64,000 nt of DNA. Source: Armatimonadota bacterium (GTDB lineage: Bacteria; Armatimonadota; Fimbriimonadia; Fimbriimonadales; Fimbriimonadaceae). The notes beneath the pieces were generated by a model. It ran no database searches and was not told the DNA's origin. It was given only the letters and a program-made list of their open reading frames with translations. Shown here in pieces: positions 37,700 through 47,687 of this stretch. Location: contig JAYVHY010000295.1 of the NCBI GenBank assembly GCA_043770615.1, forward strand, positions 2,157 through 66,156. The letters run 5' to 3'. Every line of letters begins with the position of its first letter. The first letter of the stretch is position 1. Position numbers and translations under genes: made by a program.

Positions 37700-39145
37700 C
37701 TATCGGGTCTTAAGAAGGCCGACTGCGAATTTGCCACTAAGAGTCACCATCGGCAAACCTGCCCCTGGCTGAACCGAGCCGCCAGCATAAGTTACGTTTC
37801 CCCAGCGATCATCTTGATTGCTCGCCGGAAACATGCCCCACAGGCGGCTGGCATCGTTTAGCCCATAAAGCGATCCTCGGTAGCTACCGTGAGCTGACTC
37901 AAAATATTCGGGAGTTTGGACTCGCACGAAATCAACATCGCTCTCATCCCAAGTCAAGCCGGCTTTTGCGAGAACTCGATCAACTCTTTGGGTGTACTCA
38001 GACTCTGATTTTGGCCAATTGATCCCGGCAACTTTGGCCGGAGACGTGACCACGGCAAAGACGTTCGATGAACCGGCTGGTGCGGCTTCGGGATCTAAGT
38101 TTCCGGTCGAATTGACATAAACGATAGGGTCGGTCGGAAACTTCCCTGCCTGATACAACTCCTCGAACCCCTGAGCAAAATTGGTGGGAATAAACAGATT
38201 GTGATGATCCAGAATAGGAAAGGATCGGCGGATTCCTCGATGAACCGTGAAGTAGCTGAAACTGGGTTCCCCGATGACTTTCTCCGAGCGGTAACCCGCA
38301 AATGTAAATCGATCTACGTTTGAAACAAACGCTTCGGCTTCAATTCGTTCTCCCGAATTCAAAATTGCCGCCTTCATCCATTTGCCGTCACCTTCGACCG
38401 CCTGAACCGCTTCGCCGAACCGAAACTGCACGCCGAGTTCTTGGGCCAATCGTTGAAACGCTTGCGGAATCGCCCTTACTCCCCCTTCTGGAAAATAGAC
38501 ACCATCGGTGAGCATGTAATACGGAATCAAAAAGGCACCAGGAGACTTTGCCGAATATGTTTGCCCACCGTAAGACGGAAAGCCATAGAAGAACGCCCGA
38601 ACAAGAGGAGATTCAAAAAGGGGATCAACCAACTGTTTGTAAGTTTTCAAAGGGTTAAATCCCATTCCGAAACGCAAGAGGTTACTGTCCAACAATTGGG
38701 ATTTGCGAACATACGGATGGTCGTAAACTGTTTTGTCAAGGAGTGGCTCGACTTTGGCTAGCTTGCCGAGTAATGTACCAAGGGCTTTGGCATCATGGGG
38801 GTTGATGTCGTGCAACAACTTTAGGCAGTCTTCGCGGTTTGCGGGCAAATCAATCGGAGCATCGTCACCAAAGAAAACTCTCGAAATTGTGGTCAATGGC
38901 TGGAAGCGTAAGTAGTTCGACATTTGCCTTCCCGCCGCCTTAAAAACAGCTTCGTATAGCTTGGGAAGAATAATAATTGATGGGCCAGGATCGAGCGTGT
39001 ACTCTCCGATTGTTATCCCGGCGGCTTTTCCTCCGACCTTATCGGATTTTTCGAGAACGAGCACATCGTATCCGGCTAGCCGACCATAAATTGCCGCGCT
39101 AAGACCACCGAGCCCGGCTCCGATCACGACTAACTGTTCACTCAC
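37700..39145 (-). CDS. Phytoene desaturase family (CrtI/CrtD/CrtN-like) FAD oxidoreductase
   Basis: VIGAGLGGL...LEK...GGK, DPGPSII, GGVRAIP, GGSVQPGAGLPMVTLSG. Confidence 0.88.
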   Translation of the reverse strand: MSEQLVVIGAGLGGLSAAIYGRLAGYDVLVLEKSDKVGGKAAGITIGEYTLDPGPSIIILPKLYEAVFKAAGRQMSNYLRFQPLTTISRVFFGDDAPIDLPANREDCLKLLHDINPHDAKALGTLLGKLAKVEPLLDKTVYDHPYVRKSQLLDSNLLRFGMGFNPLKTYKQLVDPLFESPLVRAFFYGFPSYGGQTYSAKSPGAFLIPYYMLTDGVYFPEGGVRAIPQAFQRLAQELGVQFRFGEAVQAVEGDGKWMKAAILNSGERIEAEAFVSNVDRFTFAGYRSEKVIGEPSFSYFTVHRGIRRSFPILDHHNLFIPTNFAQGFEELYQAGKFPTDPIVYVNSTGNLDPEAAPAGSSNVFAVVTSPAKVAGINWPKSESEYTQRVDRVLAKAGLTWDESDVDFVRVQTPEYFESAHGSYRGSLYGLNDASRLWGMFPASNQDDRWGNVTYAGGSVQPGAGLPMVTLSGKFAVGLLKTR

Positions 39146-39153
39146 AAGTGTCT

Positions 39154-39666
39154 TTACGTCGAGATGCTCGTGATCCTTTCGATGAAGTCTTTTTTGCCGT
39201 TCGAATAGCTGGCGATATCTATGGGAAACTGCTCCGCAAGCTTCAGTTTCAATTCGGCATATTCCCGCGCTGAAGCAGAATTCGACCGTAGAGCGTCGCG
39301 AAAAGCGAGTCTTTGCTGCCAGTCCTGGCTGGTTATCTCATAGACATGGACATGGTGGGTTCGCGGCTTGCCTAACATGAAAAAGTGCCGTCGAGGCACG
39401 CCGACTTCTCCACGAAATTTATAACCGAGATCTTCCATTACCGGGACCAATTCAAACCCCTTTTCGAAGTCTTCAATGGCAATCGCAATATCAATGATGG
39501 GTTTCGATTCAAGCCCTGGAACGGCAGTGCTACCAATATGCTCAGTTGCCAAAATCCGATTTCCCAGCGCTGAATCGAGCCTCGCGGCTTCTTCCGCGTA
39601 TAGATTTGGCCAATGCGGATCGTAGGGATGAACTGCGACCCGATGTTGAGGGAGACCTAAACTCAT
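39154..39666 (-). CDS. GrpB family (UPF0157) protein
   Basis: YDPHWP, EHIGSTAVPGLESKPIIDI, FRDALR, YAELK, KKDFI. Confidence 0.9.
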   Translation of the reverse strand: MSLGLPQHRVAVHPYDPHWPNLYAEEAARLDSALGNRILATEHIGSTAVPGLESKPIIDIAIAIEDFEKGFELVPVMEDLGYKFRGEVGVPRRHFFMLGKPRTHHVHVYEITSQDWQQRLAFRDALRSNSASAREYAELKLKLAEQFPIDIASYSNGKKDFIERITSIST

Positions 39667-41948
39667 GGATTTGGAATAAGAGCCTTGTACTGGTCCATAA
39701 CCGGTACGGTTCGATCTCCAATCTTCAGTTGAATCGGCGTGAAAGAAGTCAATTCAAATTCGATTCCTCTGTCCGTCTTTGTCCACTTCACGCTAATTTT
39801 CTTCCCGTTAGCGAGCGGAAAATCCCCCTTGGCGAACCTTAGGTTTCCGGTCTGAACATCAAGTTGAAAGGTGTTATCACCCAAATCGAACCTAGGACGG
39901 AGTCCCAAGACGTATCGTGACAACTGCCATGTTGGACAACCAGACCATTCGTGGCAATGCGACCAACGAGTATCAAAAACTTCCAACCAAGTTGTTCGAT
40001 TATCGCCCAAGGCCCATCCCCAACATTTGCGATATTGATCAAGCACAAACGGAGCTTCTCCGTAATTCAACAATGCCGCAAATGCAAAGTGAGCAAAGTA
40101 CGGAGTCATGACGTTTGGATCTTCAATTGAAGGATCGCTCAGTCTTGGACCAGACGCATTGTTGGGGAAACATGAGAGCAAATGGCTCTTGATCGCTTTG
40201 ATGCACGACGGAATCTGCTCTTTGGGAACAAGGTTAGCCAGCAGGGCAAGCGCTGCTCGTTGATAGCCAACATTGGAAAATCCTCCGACAGCATGGGTCT
40301 TTGAATCGAGCCAAGCCTTGACTGACTTTTCAATCTGCGCGGCACTAGCCATGAATTCCTTTGAGTGATCGATATCCCCAACCGCCTTTTCCCAACGATC
40401 CATCGCTCGAAGCGCCATTAAGTAGTGGATGTTGAGGGCGATATCGGTCGGCCCCTCATTACGAACGTAACCCCAATCCACAAATCCCCATCCTAAGTCA
40501 TCGCTAACTCCGTCGGCGTTGGTTTTCGCCCTAAATGCTGCCATGTTCTTTCTCGCTGCCGGCAACAGCTCAACCAACAAAGACTTATCTCCACTTAGCT
40601 CCCAATAGTGAATGCAAGCAGTCGCCCACTGGGCGGCATACGTGGATAAATAGCCTGGGTCACCCGGACCAACCCCTGCAACCAGACCATCCGACCGAGC
40701 CGCTTGGGCTGCTTGCACCAGTGCCCGCCGAGACAAACTGAGATCGCTCCAGGCAACGGCAGCAATGTCGGTGGCAACCGAAGCAACATCGCCAGTCCAT
40801 TGTCCTCGCTCACGAGTTGGGCAATCGACGAACGAGTCCTCAGAACATGCCCGTACGGTTTCAACTCCGGTTAACCAAATCTTATTGAGCAAGTCGTCGT
40901 CGCATGAAAACGTTCCTGCTGGATCTGGATAATAGGTTCGCTCAAGAAACGACTCGTTAACAAACTCGAGCGGACCGGTCGCCTTGATGTGTACTTCCAA
41001 ATATCGACCACCCTTGGGAGTAAATGGCATGAATTCTTGGGGTCCTCCGCGAGCGACGAAATGATCCATATTACAACTTGATGATCCCGATAAGTTCAAC
41101 CATGGATGGACTCGCCCATGCCTTAATTCTTCACACATGGCAAACTCAACAATCGCGCCTTTAGGCAAATCAAGCGTAAACTTTGGTCGTCCTAGACGAA
41201 CCCGACCAAGGTCGTATCGACGCCAAACTCCTTGTGCAGGAACCCCTTTGGGAGCAAGCTCGTCGAGGAAAAATCGAACAGCGGGGTCATCCTTTTCGTA
41301 TCCGTAGGTCACCGCCATTGGGCCAGTTGCAATTGGTTTGATCGGCAAAAGGTTCATCCGAACCGGAGTAGTTTTCGCTTCAGTTATCGGACCAACTCCG
41401 GGCTTAGCTTCGACCGGGTCTCTCCACTTAGAGTCGTCGAACATTGGACTTTGCCATTCTCGCCAAATCTGACTGGTGTCACACCAATCAATCCAACCCA
41501 AGATATTGCTGATTCGCCGAACCCTCGGTTGGTATCCCGGTATGCGCTCGCACTTCCAAGTCACTGATGCCTGATCGGTGCCATCCATCAAAGAGCACCA
41601 CACATAGGGCGGAATACCACTGATGATTCGAGTTGTAACGCCATCATTGCGAACTTGCAATGCCAGAGTATGTTTGCCTGGGACAGTCCCTAATGTCACC
41701 GACTGGTACTCAGGAAACTCCTTCGAATAGCGGGCGGGGCCGTCATGAATCAATTTGCCATCGAACCAAACAAGGTATTCGGAAGCACCAACAATCTTTA
41801 GTTGCACCCGAGACGATTTGTTGTAAAAAGTTCCGCGAAAAGCTACAAACGAATCAGCGTCGTCGGCCACGCCTTTCGGTGCCCAAAATGGCGTCGTTGA
41901 TACCGGAATTTGTAAACCTAAAAAGGCAACCGCGAGAATGCCGAACAT
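39663..41948 (-). CDS. GH78 alpha-L-rhamnosidase-like glycoside hydrolase
   Basis: DCPTRERGQWTGD, FVDW, TTWLE, SHCHEWSGCP motifs. Confidence 0.85.
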   Translation of the reverse strand: MFGILAVAFLGLQIPVSTTPFWAPKGVADDADSFVAFRGTFYNKSSRVQLKIVGASEYLVWFDGKLIHDGPARYSKEFPEYQSVTLGTVPGKHTLALQVRNDGVTTRIISGIPPYVWCSLMDGTDQASVTWKCERIPGYQPRVRRISNILGWIDWCDTSQIWREWQSPMFDDSKWRDPVEAKPGVGPITEAKTTPVRMNLLPIKPIATGPMAVTYGYEKDDPAVRFFLDELAPKGVPAQGVWRRYDLGRVRLGRPKFTLDLPKGAIVEFAMCEELRHGRVHPWLNLSGSSSCNMDHFVARGGPQEFMPFTPKGGRYLEVHIKATGPLEFVNESFLERTYYPDPAGTFSCDDDLLNKIWLTGVETVRACSEDSFVDCPTRERGQWTGDVASVATDIAAVAWSDLSLSRRALVQAAQAARSDGLVAGVGPGDPGYLSTYAAQWATACIHYWELSGDKSLLVELLPAARKNMAAFRAKTNADGVSDDLGWGFVDWGYVRNEGPTDIALNIHYLMALRAMDRWEKAVGDIDHSKEFMASAAQIEKSVKAWLDSKTHAVGGFSNVGYQRAALALLANLVPKEQIPSCIKAIKSHLLSCFPNNASGPRLSDPSIEDPNVMTPYFAHFAFAALLNYGEAPFVLDQYRKCWGWALGDNRTTWLEVFDTRWSHCHEWSGCPTWQLSRYVLGLRPRFDLGDNTFQLDVQTGNLRFAKGDFPLANGKKISVKWTKTDRGIEFELTSFTPIQLKIGDRTVPVMDQYKALIPNP

Positions 41949-41984
41949 GATTACCAGTATGTCCGTTTAACGGTTGGCACACGA

Positions 41985-43370
41985 TCAAAGTTGTTGCAAC
42001 TCTATCTTGCCTGGTGGTCGAACGAGCGATCCTTTTGCTTTCGTCAAAGTATCGCCAAAATCACTGCGACCAATCTCAATCATCCGTAACATTCGAGCCA
42101 CTACGTCAGGATTCTGGTCCGCTACATTCGTGGTTTCAAAGGGATCGTTGTCAAGATCAAAGAGTGCTAGCCCAATTTCCCCGGTGGTTTCTCCGTTTGG
42201 TTTTCCTCCGATGCCAGGTGGTTGGGTTTGCAACCGATGGTTATGAGGAACATGCAATTTCCACTTCCCGCTGCGGACGGCGTGAAGCTCTCCGGGCCAA
42301 TAATAATAGAACCACTTCCAAGGTGTTCTCGACCCAGGCTTATCCGTGATCAAATCGAAGATGTTGTGTCCGTCTATTTCTTTGTCGGGCAACTTCGCGC
42401 CTGCCATCGATGCGATGGTGGGCAGGACATCCATGGTAGATGCCAATTCTCGAATCACGCCTCCTGCAGGCACAGTTCCGGGTTGATAAAAGATTCCTGG
42501 CACCCGAAAGCCACCCTCGAAAGCGGTGCCCTTGCCTTCTCTTAGTCCGCCCGATGATCCAGCATGCTCTCCATAAGGGAGCCAGGGCCCGTTATCCGAG
42601 GAAAACATCACTAGCGTGTTTTGCTCCAGCCCATTTTTCTTCAAAGTATCGAGGATTTCTCCAACCGATGCATCAAGCTCTTGAATTGTATCCGCGTAAA
42701 GTCCCTTTCCACTTTTGCCGAGAAACTTCTTACTGGCGGCAATTGGTACGTGCGGCATCGATGGAGTCATGTATAAAAAGAAGGGTTTTTGCTTGTTTCG
42801 AACAATGAATTCTTTTGCCTTATGGGTGTACTTCTGGGTTAAAAGCGCCTGATCGTCAAGCGTCTTTACTTGCTCAACTGGCTTTGTGTTCTCATGCAAA
42901 AATAGGTCTGGCCATCCCTTGCCGTTTGGTGGCCACATGTCATTTGAATAGGGGAGCCCATAGTAGTAGTCGAAGCCATGGTAGGTTGGCATAAGATTCT
43001 TGACCCCAAGGTGCCATTTGCCAACACATGCGGTGGCATAACCCATCGGCTTAAGCATTTGCGCAATTGTGGTTTCTTCCAAACTTAATCCAGTTGGGGA
43101 ATCTGGATTGAGTACTTGAGGAACGGAAACCCTCGCTGGATAGCATCCAGTAAGGATTGAGGCTCTGGAGGGACTGCATGCTGGAGACGCGACATTGAAG
43201 TCGGTAAACCTCACGCCATTCCGAGCCATTCGATCTAGGTTTGGAGTCTTGAATCTTGTGTTCCCGTAGCAACTCAGATCACCGTATCCCAAGTCATCAG
43301 CAAAGATGATCACGAAGTTCTGCGTCTTAACCAAGTTCATTGAAAGAGCAAAGGCTAAGCCTAAAACCAT
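41985..43370 (-). CDS. Arylsulfatase (Cys-type formylglycine sulfatase)
   Basis: ADDLGYGD, CSPSRASILTG, GKWHLG, SDNG, EGGFRVP. Confidence 0.93.
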   Translation of the reverse strand: MVLGLAFALSMNLVKTQNFVIIFADDLGYGDLSCYGNTRFKTPNLDRMARNGVRFTDFNVASPACSPSRASILTGCYPARVSVPQVLNPDSPTGLSLEETTIAQMLKPMGYATACVGKWHLGVKNLMPTYHGFDYYYGLPYSNDMWPPNGKGWPDLFLHENTKPVEQVKTLDDQALLTQKYTHKAKEFIVRNKQKPFFLYMTPSMPHVPIAASKKFLGKSGKGLYADTIQELDASVGEILDTLKKNGLEQNTLVMFSSDNGPWLPYGEHAGSSGGLREGKGTAFEGGFRVPGIFYQPGTVPAGGVIRELASTMDVLPTIASMAGAKLPDKEIDGHNIFDLITDKPGSRTPWKWFYYYWPGELHAVRSGKWKLHVPHNHRLQTQPPGIGGKPNGETTGEIGLALFDLDNDPFETTNVADQNPDVVARMLRMIEIGRSDFGDTLTKAKGSLVRPPGKIELQQL

Positions 43371-43598
43371 AGCTGGATTATACAGGTGTCACGTTATCGG
43401 CGTTGGTGCACATTTGCGTCGACAATCACAAGGGCTTGAATCTGAAGCAGTCTATTTCAGTTTTAGATGACGATAAAATTGGGTATTGCTTTAATCTGAG
43501 TCAAACGTTGCTGCGGATCGCAGCGATCCCTATTTGCTGAGCCAAAAAATTTGTTTCGTGATGAACCGAACAATAGTAAAAGTTCAGTATTCGGAACC

Positions 43599-44948
43599 CT
43601 AGAAAATCGTTTTGAAACCGTTTTGCTTCTGGTTCCAATCCGGTAGCGTATCGTGGAGGATTTCCTTGATCGCCTTCCGGACCTCAATTGTTAAATGTGC
43701 GTATGGCTTCGATTGGTCTTTGCCGTCGAGGATTTCTGTGAACCGAGTGAAGACTTGGGCTTTGGCCTCGGTCGGAAGGCTTGCAAATGCTGACGAATAG
43801 ATCATTGGGCTGCACGGATACTTGAGGAGTCTTGCCTTGAGATCCAATTCACTGAGCCGCCTTCCGGATTTGTCGGCAGGGGAACTTTGACTAAAAGTTG
43901 ATGTAAATCCGCTTGAACCTTTGATTGGGTCGGTCAACATTGGTTCACCTGAGCAAAGCAATGCCTGAACCAATGGCTCACACGCATTTTGAACTCGATC
44001 ATGGATTTGATTTTGAACGTGCTCAGAAGAAAAGCCAAACTTCAGGAGATCGATTGCTTCTTTCACCGCTTTGCGAGTCAAGTAGCTTGCCTTTGTGATC
44101 TGGTTTTGGATGGTCATTTGTTGCTCAATTACCATCAAAGCTACGATGTCTGAGTTTGATGTTGCATAGTTTTTGACATCAAAGTATCGTGCCAGATCGG
44201 TGATATTTGCACCTTTTTTCGTATCGATAGTTGACGCCTGCTCGTTGCCTCTGGCGACTTCGTTACCCATGTGACGTTGTTTACCATGTTGCCCTGTTAC
44301 ATACCAACCGCCCCATCGATCTTTGATTTCACTCGTTGCAGTGGTTTTGAATGAGCCATTGGCAAATCTTGGCATCCCATCGGGACCAGCATAGACAGAG
44401 CGAACCATTAGACCAGGAACCTGACCGGTCATTGACGAAAAGTGACACTGAAAACAATCCATTGTCTGGCGAACCAGCCTTGGCCTTGCTGTCACTTGGT
44501 TTGCGAGCGTGAAGAACACCGGACCTACTTTTGGATCTATTGCAATGATTTCAATGACCGGAGCACTTGGAATCCACCCGACGTAGATGTGATCATTAAA
44601 GTAGAGTGCCCGGGGAGTTAGTGGCGAAATGAAATTCGATTGCAAACTTGTTTTTGAGAAGACCAGGATTTGGGATTCAATTGAAATTCCCAACTCTTTA
44701 AGGACGGATTTCAAATAGCCTTGCTTCGGTTCGAAGGTGAGCTTTATGCTGCCAACTCGAATCCTCTCCAACATTGTTGAGACCGAGTCGGCCATATTCG
44801 GTGCTATAAACTCAGCTGGAATGTCATTGTATGTGTCTTGTTTGAGGTTGGCAAACACAAACGTCGCAGAACTTGCCACAAGAAACGCGATGCGACGAAA
44901 AGCGCTTCGACTGCTGAACATCCCTGGTTTTAATTTACTTCGCATCAA
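43599..44948 (-). CDS. Hypothetical exported protein with a single CxxCH (possible c-type heme)
   Basis: Basic plus hydrophobic N-terminus; CFQCH; SQILVFSKTSLQ, PRALYFND, RWGGWYVTG, SDIVALMV blocks. Confidence 0.7.
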   Translation of the reverse strand: MMRSKLKPGMFSSRSAFRRIAFLVASSATFVFANLKQDTYNDIPAEFIAPNMADSVSTMLERIRVGSIKLTFEPKQGYLKSVLKELGISIESQILVFSKTSLQSNFISPLTPRALYFNDHIYVGWIPSAPVIEIIAIDPKVGPVFFTLANQVTARPRLVRQTMDCFQCHFSSMTGQVPGLMVRSVYAGPDGMPRFANGSFKTTATSEIKDRWGGWYVTGQHGKQRHMGNEVARGNEQASTIDTKKGANITDLARYFDVKNYATSNSDIVALMVIEQQMTIQNQITKASYLTRKAVKEAIDLLKFGFSSEHVQNQIHDRVQNACEPLVQALLCSGEPMLTDPIKGSSGFTSTFSQSSPADKSGRRLSELDLKARLLKYPCSPMIYSSAFASLPTEAKAQVFTRFTEILDGKDQSKPYAHLTIEVRKAIKEILHDTLPDWNQKQNGFKTIF

Positions 44949-45041
44949 ATTTCGAGTTCAGATTATCATTTAAATTCTCTTGATCTGAGTCATTGTTTTG
45001 AATGACCATGTTCAATTCCCGGTGTGCTAGAATTTCGGTGA

Positions 45042-45335
45042 ATGACCGTCCTTACCGCTTATGTGAATGTACGTCCCGACTCAATTGGTGATGCTCTGGA
45101 AGCATGTCGAATTGTCCGTGCGGCTTCGGTGACTGAGCCAGGTTGCGAGAGGTACGACTTCTTTCAGAGTCCCGATGAACCAACAAGAGTCGTATTTGTA
45201 GAAGAGTGGACAACTCGCCAAGACCTCGAACTGCACTTCCAACAAGATGCCTTCAAAACGTTCTTCGGCATTATGGGAAATCTAACTGCAACTCCGTCAG
45301 AAGTTCGAATTTTCGAATCTTCGCTCACCGAATAG
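45042..45335 (+). CDS. Antibiotic biosynthesis monooxygenase (ABM) family protein
   Basis: EPGCERY, FVEEW, LELHFQ; about 97 aa. Confidence 0.85.
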   Translation: MTVLTAYVNVRPDSIGDALEACRIVRAASVTEPGCERYDFFQSPDEPTRVVFVEEWTTRQDLELHFQQDAFKTFFGIMGNLTATPSEVRIFESSLTE

Positions 45336-45365
45336 AAATCGTTCTTTCCAGACAAAAAACTGAAT

Positions 45366-46280
45366 CTAGGAATTTGAAATGTCCGAAAGTGCAATTCGGA
45401 AGTCGCTGAGTTCATGACATTCGGTCAAATCAAGGTGAGTCAATGAAATGAGATAGTCATGAGCTCCGCGACCACCAACAAGAATAGGGAACGAATCTCC
45501 TAGTAAGGCCCGAAGTGTGGTTAGTTCTTCTTTGATTTCGGGATCATCGACAGGATAAACCAGGCTTAGGGCCAATGCTTTTGAACCACTTTGGCGAATT
45601 GCACCGGCAATTTCGTAAGCAGGCAGGTTGGGTCCAAGATAAGTAACTTGCCATGCCTCCAATCCAGCTATAACTGAAACAATCAGGGCTCCAATTTCGT
45701 GAAATTGGCCCTTGGGAGTGGTCACGAGAAGTCTTGGCGCATCGGTTGGATTTGAAATCGACGTTCTCAAATGCTCAAGAGTGGTTCGAACGACTGCCGA
45801 TACCATGTGTTCTTGAGCAATGGAAATTGATTTTTCGATCCAACGGTGCTCTACATGGGACATCAACGGCAATACGACGCCTTCAATAAAAGGAGAGAGT
45901 CCCAACATTGTTGCGCCGCGAAGCAGAGATTCACGCAGGGCGTCTTCGTCTAGCTGATCCATTGCAATAATTGCGGCATCGAGAAAGCTTCCGTGAGGGA
46001 TGTCGTTGATCGGATTTCCTAGCCTTGTTTGCTCTTCTTGGGAATATGTGGAAAGAGCACGGAGGTCTTCATTGGTTAACTGCGCGGCTTGACCGATGCT
46101 ATGCCCGGCATCAATCGATTGCTTGAGAAGTTGCAATCGAGCAACGTCAGAATCGTCATACAGCCGTCGGTTTGTTTCGGTCCGATCTGGGCTCAAAACA
46201 TGATGTCGACGTTCCCAGGCTCGAATGGTGTACTGTGACAGACCGGTCATTGTTGCAACGGTCCGAATCGTGTACTTCAT
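45366..46280 (-). CDS. carH: CarH/LitR-type MerR-family B12-binding photoreceptor/repressor
   Basis: MerR HTH (TIRAWERRH...RRLY); Wx9EH (WIEKSISIAQEH); B12 motif HEIG...YLGPNLP...LS...VGGRG. Confidence 0.85.
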   Translation of the reverse strand: MKYTIRTVATMTGLSQYTIRAWERRHHVLSPDRTETNRRLYDDSDVARLQLLKQSIDAGHSIGQAAQLTNEDLRALSTYSQEEQTRLGNPINDIPHGSFLDAAIIAMDQLDEDALRESLLRGATMLGLSPFIEGVVLPLMSHVEHRWIEKSISIAQEHMVSAVVRTTLEHLRTSISNPTDAPRLLVTTPKGQFHEIGALIVSVIAGLEAWQVTYLGPNLPAYEIAGAIRQSGSKALALSLVYPVDDPEIKEELTTLRALLGDSFPILVGGRGAHDYLISLTHLDLTECHELSDFRIALSDISNS

Positions 46281-46295
46281 AGGTTGGGCTCATAT

Positions 46296-46325
46296 AGTGT
46301 AGATACCTTGTCTAGAATTTGTCAA
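46296..46325 (-). promoter_or_regulatory. carH promoter with an overlapping 3x11-bp direct-repeat operator
   Basis: Minus strand TTGACA-N18-TACACT; TTGACA/TAGACA/TCTACA cores at exact 11-bp periodicity (46325, 46314, 46303). Confidence 0.75.
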
Positions 46326-46371
46326 GCTGTATTTTCACCGGCATTGACTCCGGCTTCACATAAAAATATAA

Positions 46372-46404
46372 AAAGTAGACAATATATAGACAAAATCTAT
46401 ACAC
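46372..46404 (+). promoter_or_regulatory. Second CarH-type operator (3x11-bp direct repeats) upstream of the fasciclin gene
   Basis: TAGACA(46376), TAGACA(46387), TATACA(46398) at 11-bp spacing. Confidence 0.75.
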
Positions 46405-46520
46405 TTTTTAATTTTGTATGCGTATAGGTTTGTAAGAGCCTGCCGACAGAGAAATTGACAACCGTTAATTCTCCTTCCCCTGCAAATGTCGAAGGCTCCG
46501 ATTTAAGAGAAAACAGAAAC

Positions 46521-47018
46521 ATGAAAATTACAAAGATGATCGCCCTTGTTGCCCTCGTTGGTACCGTTGCAAGTCAAGCATTTGCTAAAGTCCAATCCGA
46601 TATCGTTGACACCGCCGTTGGAGCCAAGGGATTCTCTACACTCGTAGCTGCAGTTAAGGCCGCTGGTCTTGTCGACACCCTGAAAGGAGATGGACCGTTT
46701 ACCGTTTTCGCTCCAACCGACGAAGCGTTCAAGAAACTCGAAAAGAGCAAGCCAGGCACGATTGCCATGCTTCTCAAGCCAGAGAACAAGAAGACCCTCA
46801 TCGCAATTCTCACCTACCACGTTGTGCCAGGAAAGGTTCTCGCAAGCGACGTCATGGGTTTGAAGAACGGCACCAAGGTCAAAACGGTCAATGGCAAGTC
46901 AATCATGGTTAGCAATAAGCATGGCGTACTGGTCAACAAGTCAAAGGTCGTCAAGACTGACATTATGTGCACCAACGGCGTCATTCACGTAATTGACACT
47001 GTACTACTTCCCAAGTAA
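46521..47018 (+). CDS. Fasciclin (FAS1) domain secreted protein
   Basis: Signal peptide MKITKM...AFA; [37 protein letters not shown]; start set at ATG 46521. Confidence 0.93.
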   Translation: MKITKMIALVALVGTVASQAFAKVQSDIVDTAVGAKGFSTLVAAVKAAGLVDTLKGDGPFTVFAPTDEAFKKLEKSKPGTIAMLLKPENKKTLIAILTYHVVPGKVLASDVMGLKNGTKVKTVNGKSIMVSNKHGVLVNKSKVVKTDIMCTNGVIHVIDTVLLPK

Positions 47019-47028
47019 GCACCCCACT

Positions 47029-47061
47029 AGCTCGTCGATTCTATCATTGAGTCGGCGAGCT
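47029..47061 (+). terminator. Hairpin after the fasciclin gene
   Basis: agctcgtcgattc-N7-gagtcggcgagct stem with GU pairs; weak U tract. Confidence 0.45.
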
Positions 47062-47078
47062 TGACCCCAAAAAAACAA

Positions 47079-47594
47079 ATGACACATTTAATCATTGGCA
47101 GTACGATCGGATTGTTTCTCATGGCAGCCCCAATTCTTCAACAAGATAAAGGAGCGAAGTCAGAGAAATATGTAATGGTCAAAACTGACAAATACTCTTT
47201 CGAAATTCCTCGAGGCTGGACCGTTGGTGAAGAGACACCATGGGGAGCTAGAGATATGATGCCTGCAAGCGGAAGTGGAAAGCTTGGTGCGATGACCGCT
47301 GGACCAACGAAAGCTAGTTGGGATGAACTATATCGAACGAGCCTCTACTTCGTTATGCGAGAAGAGAAGGGCACTGCCACTCCGTTCCGAACTGGAAAGA
47401 CGAAGCAAGGCTATGAGTGTATGAGTTTTGAAGTAGCTCAGCCATCCGGATTTGTCAATCGCCGATTTACCCTTTTGAAGGATGGAAGCGGGAATGCCTT
47501 GGCTCTTTCAGTCAAAATTCCATCGGCGTCAGTAGAAAAGATGTATTTGGCAGATTTCCAAAGAATGGTTGACACCGCTAAGCTGAAATCGTAA
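47079..47594 (+). CDS. Hypothetical exported protein (PsbP/Mog1-like pattern)
   Basis: Hydrophobic N-terminus; YSFEIPRGW and C-terminal FQRMVDT. Confidence 0.65.
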   Translation: MTHLIIGSTIGLFLMAAPILQQDKGAKSEKYVMVKTDKYSFEIPRGWTVGEETPWGARDMMPASGSGKLGAMTAGPTKASWDELYRTSLYFVMREEKGTATPFRTGKTKQGYECMSFEVAQPSGFVNRRFTLLKDGSGNALALSVKIPSASVEKMYLADFQRMVDTAKLKS

Positions 47595-47623
47595 CTGCGA
47601 GCCACATCGCATTGAGTCACTTG

Positions 47624-47664
47624 CGAATTGAATGTGAACGTGTTGTGCGTTCACACTCAATTCG
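47624..47664. terminator. 17-bp inverted repeat between convergent genes
   Basis: cgaattgaatgtgaacg-N7-cgttcacactcaattcg, one mismatch. Confidence 0.55.
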
Positions 47665-47687
47665 ATTTGACACGGTTTTGATAGAGT

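Noticed and set aside
46296-46404. CRISPR-like or satellite repeat
   Set aside because: The 11-bp period has no spacers and there are no cas genes; better explained as CarH operators.
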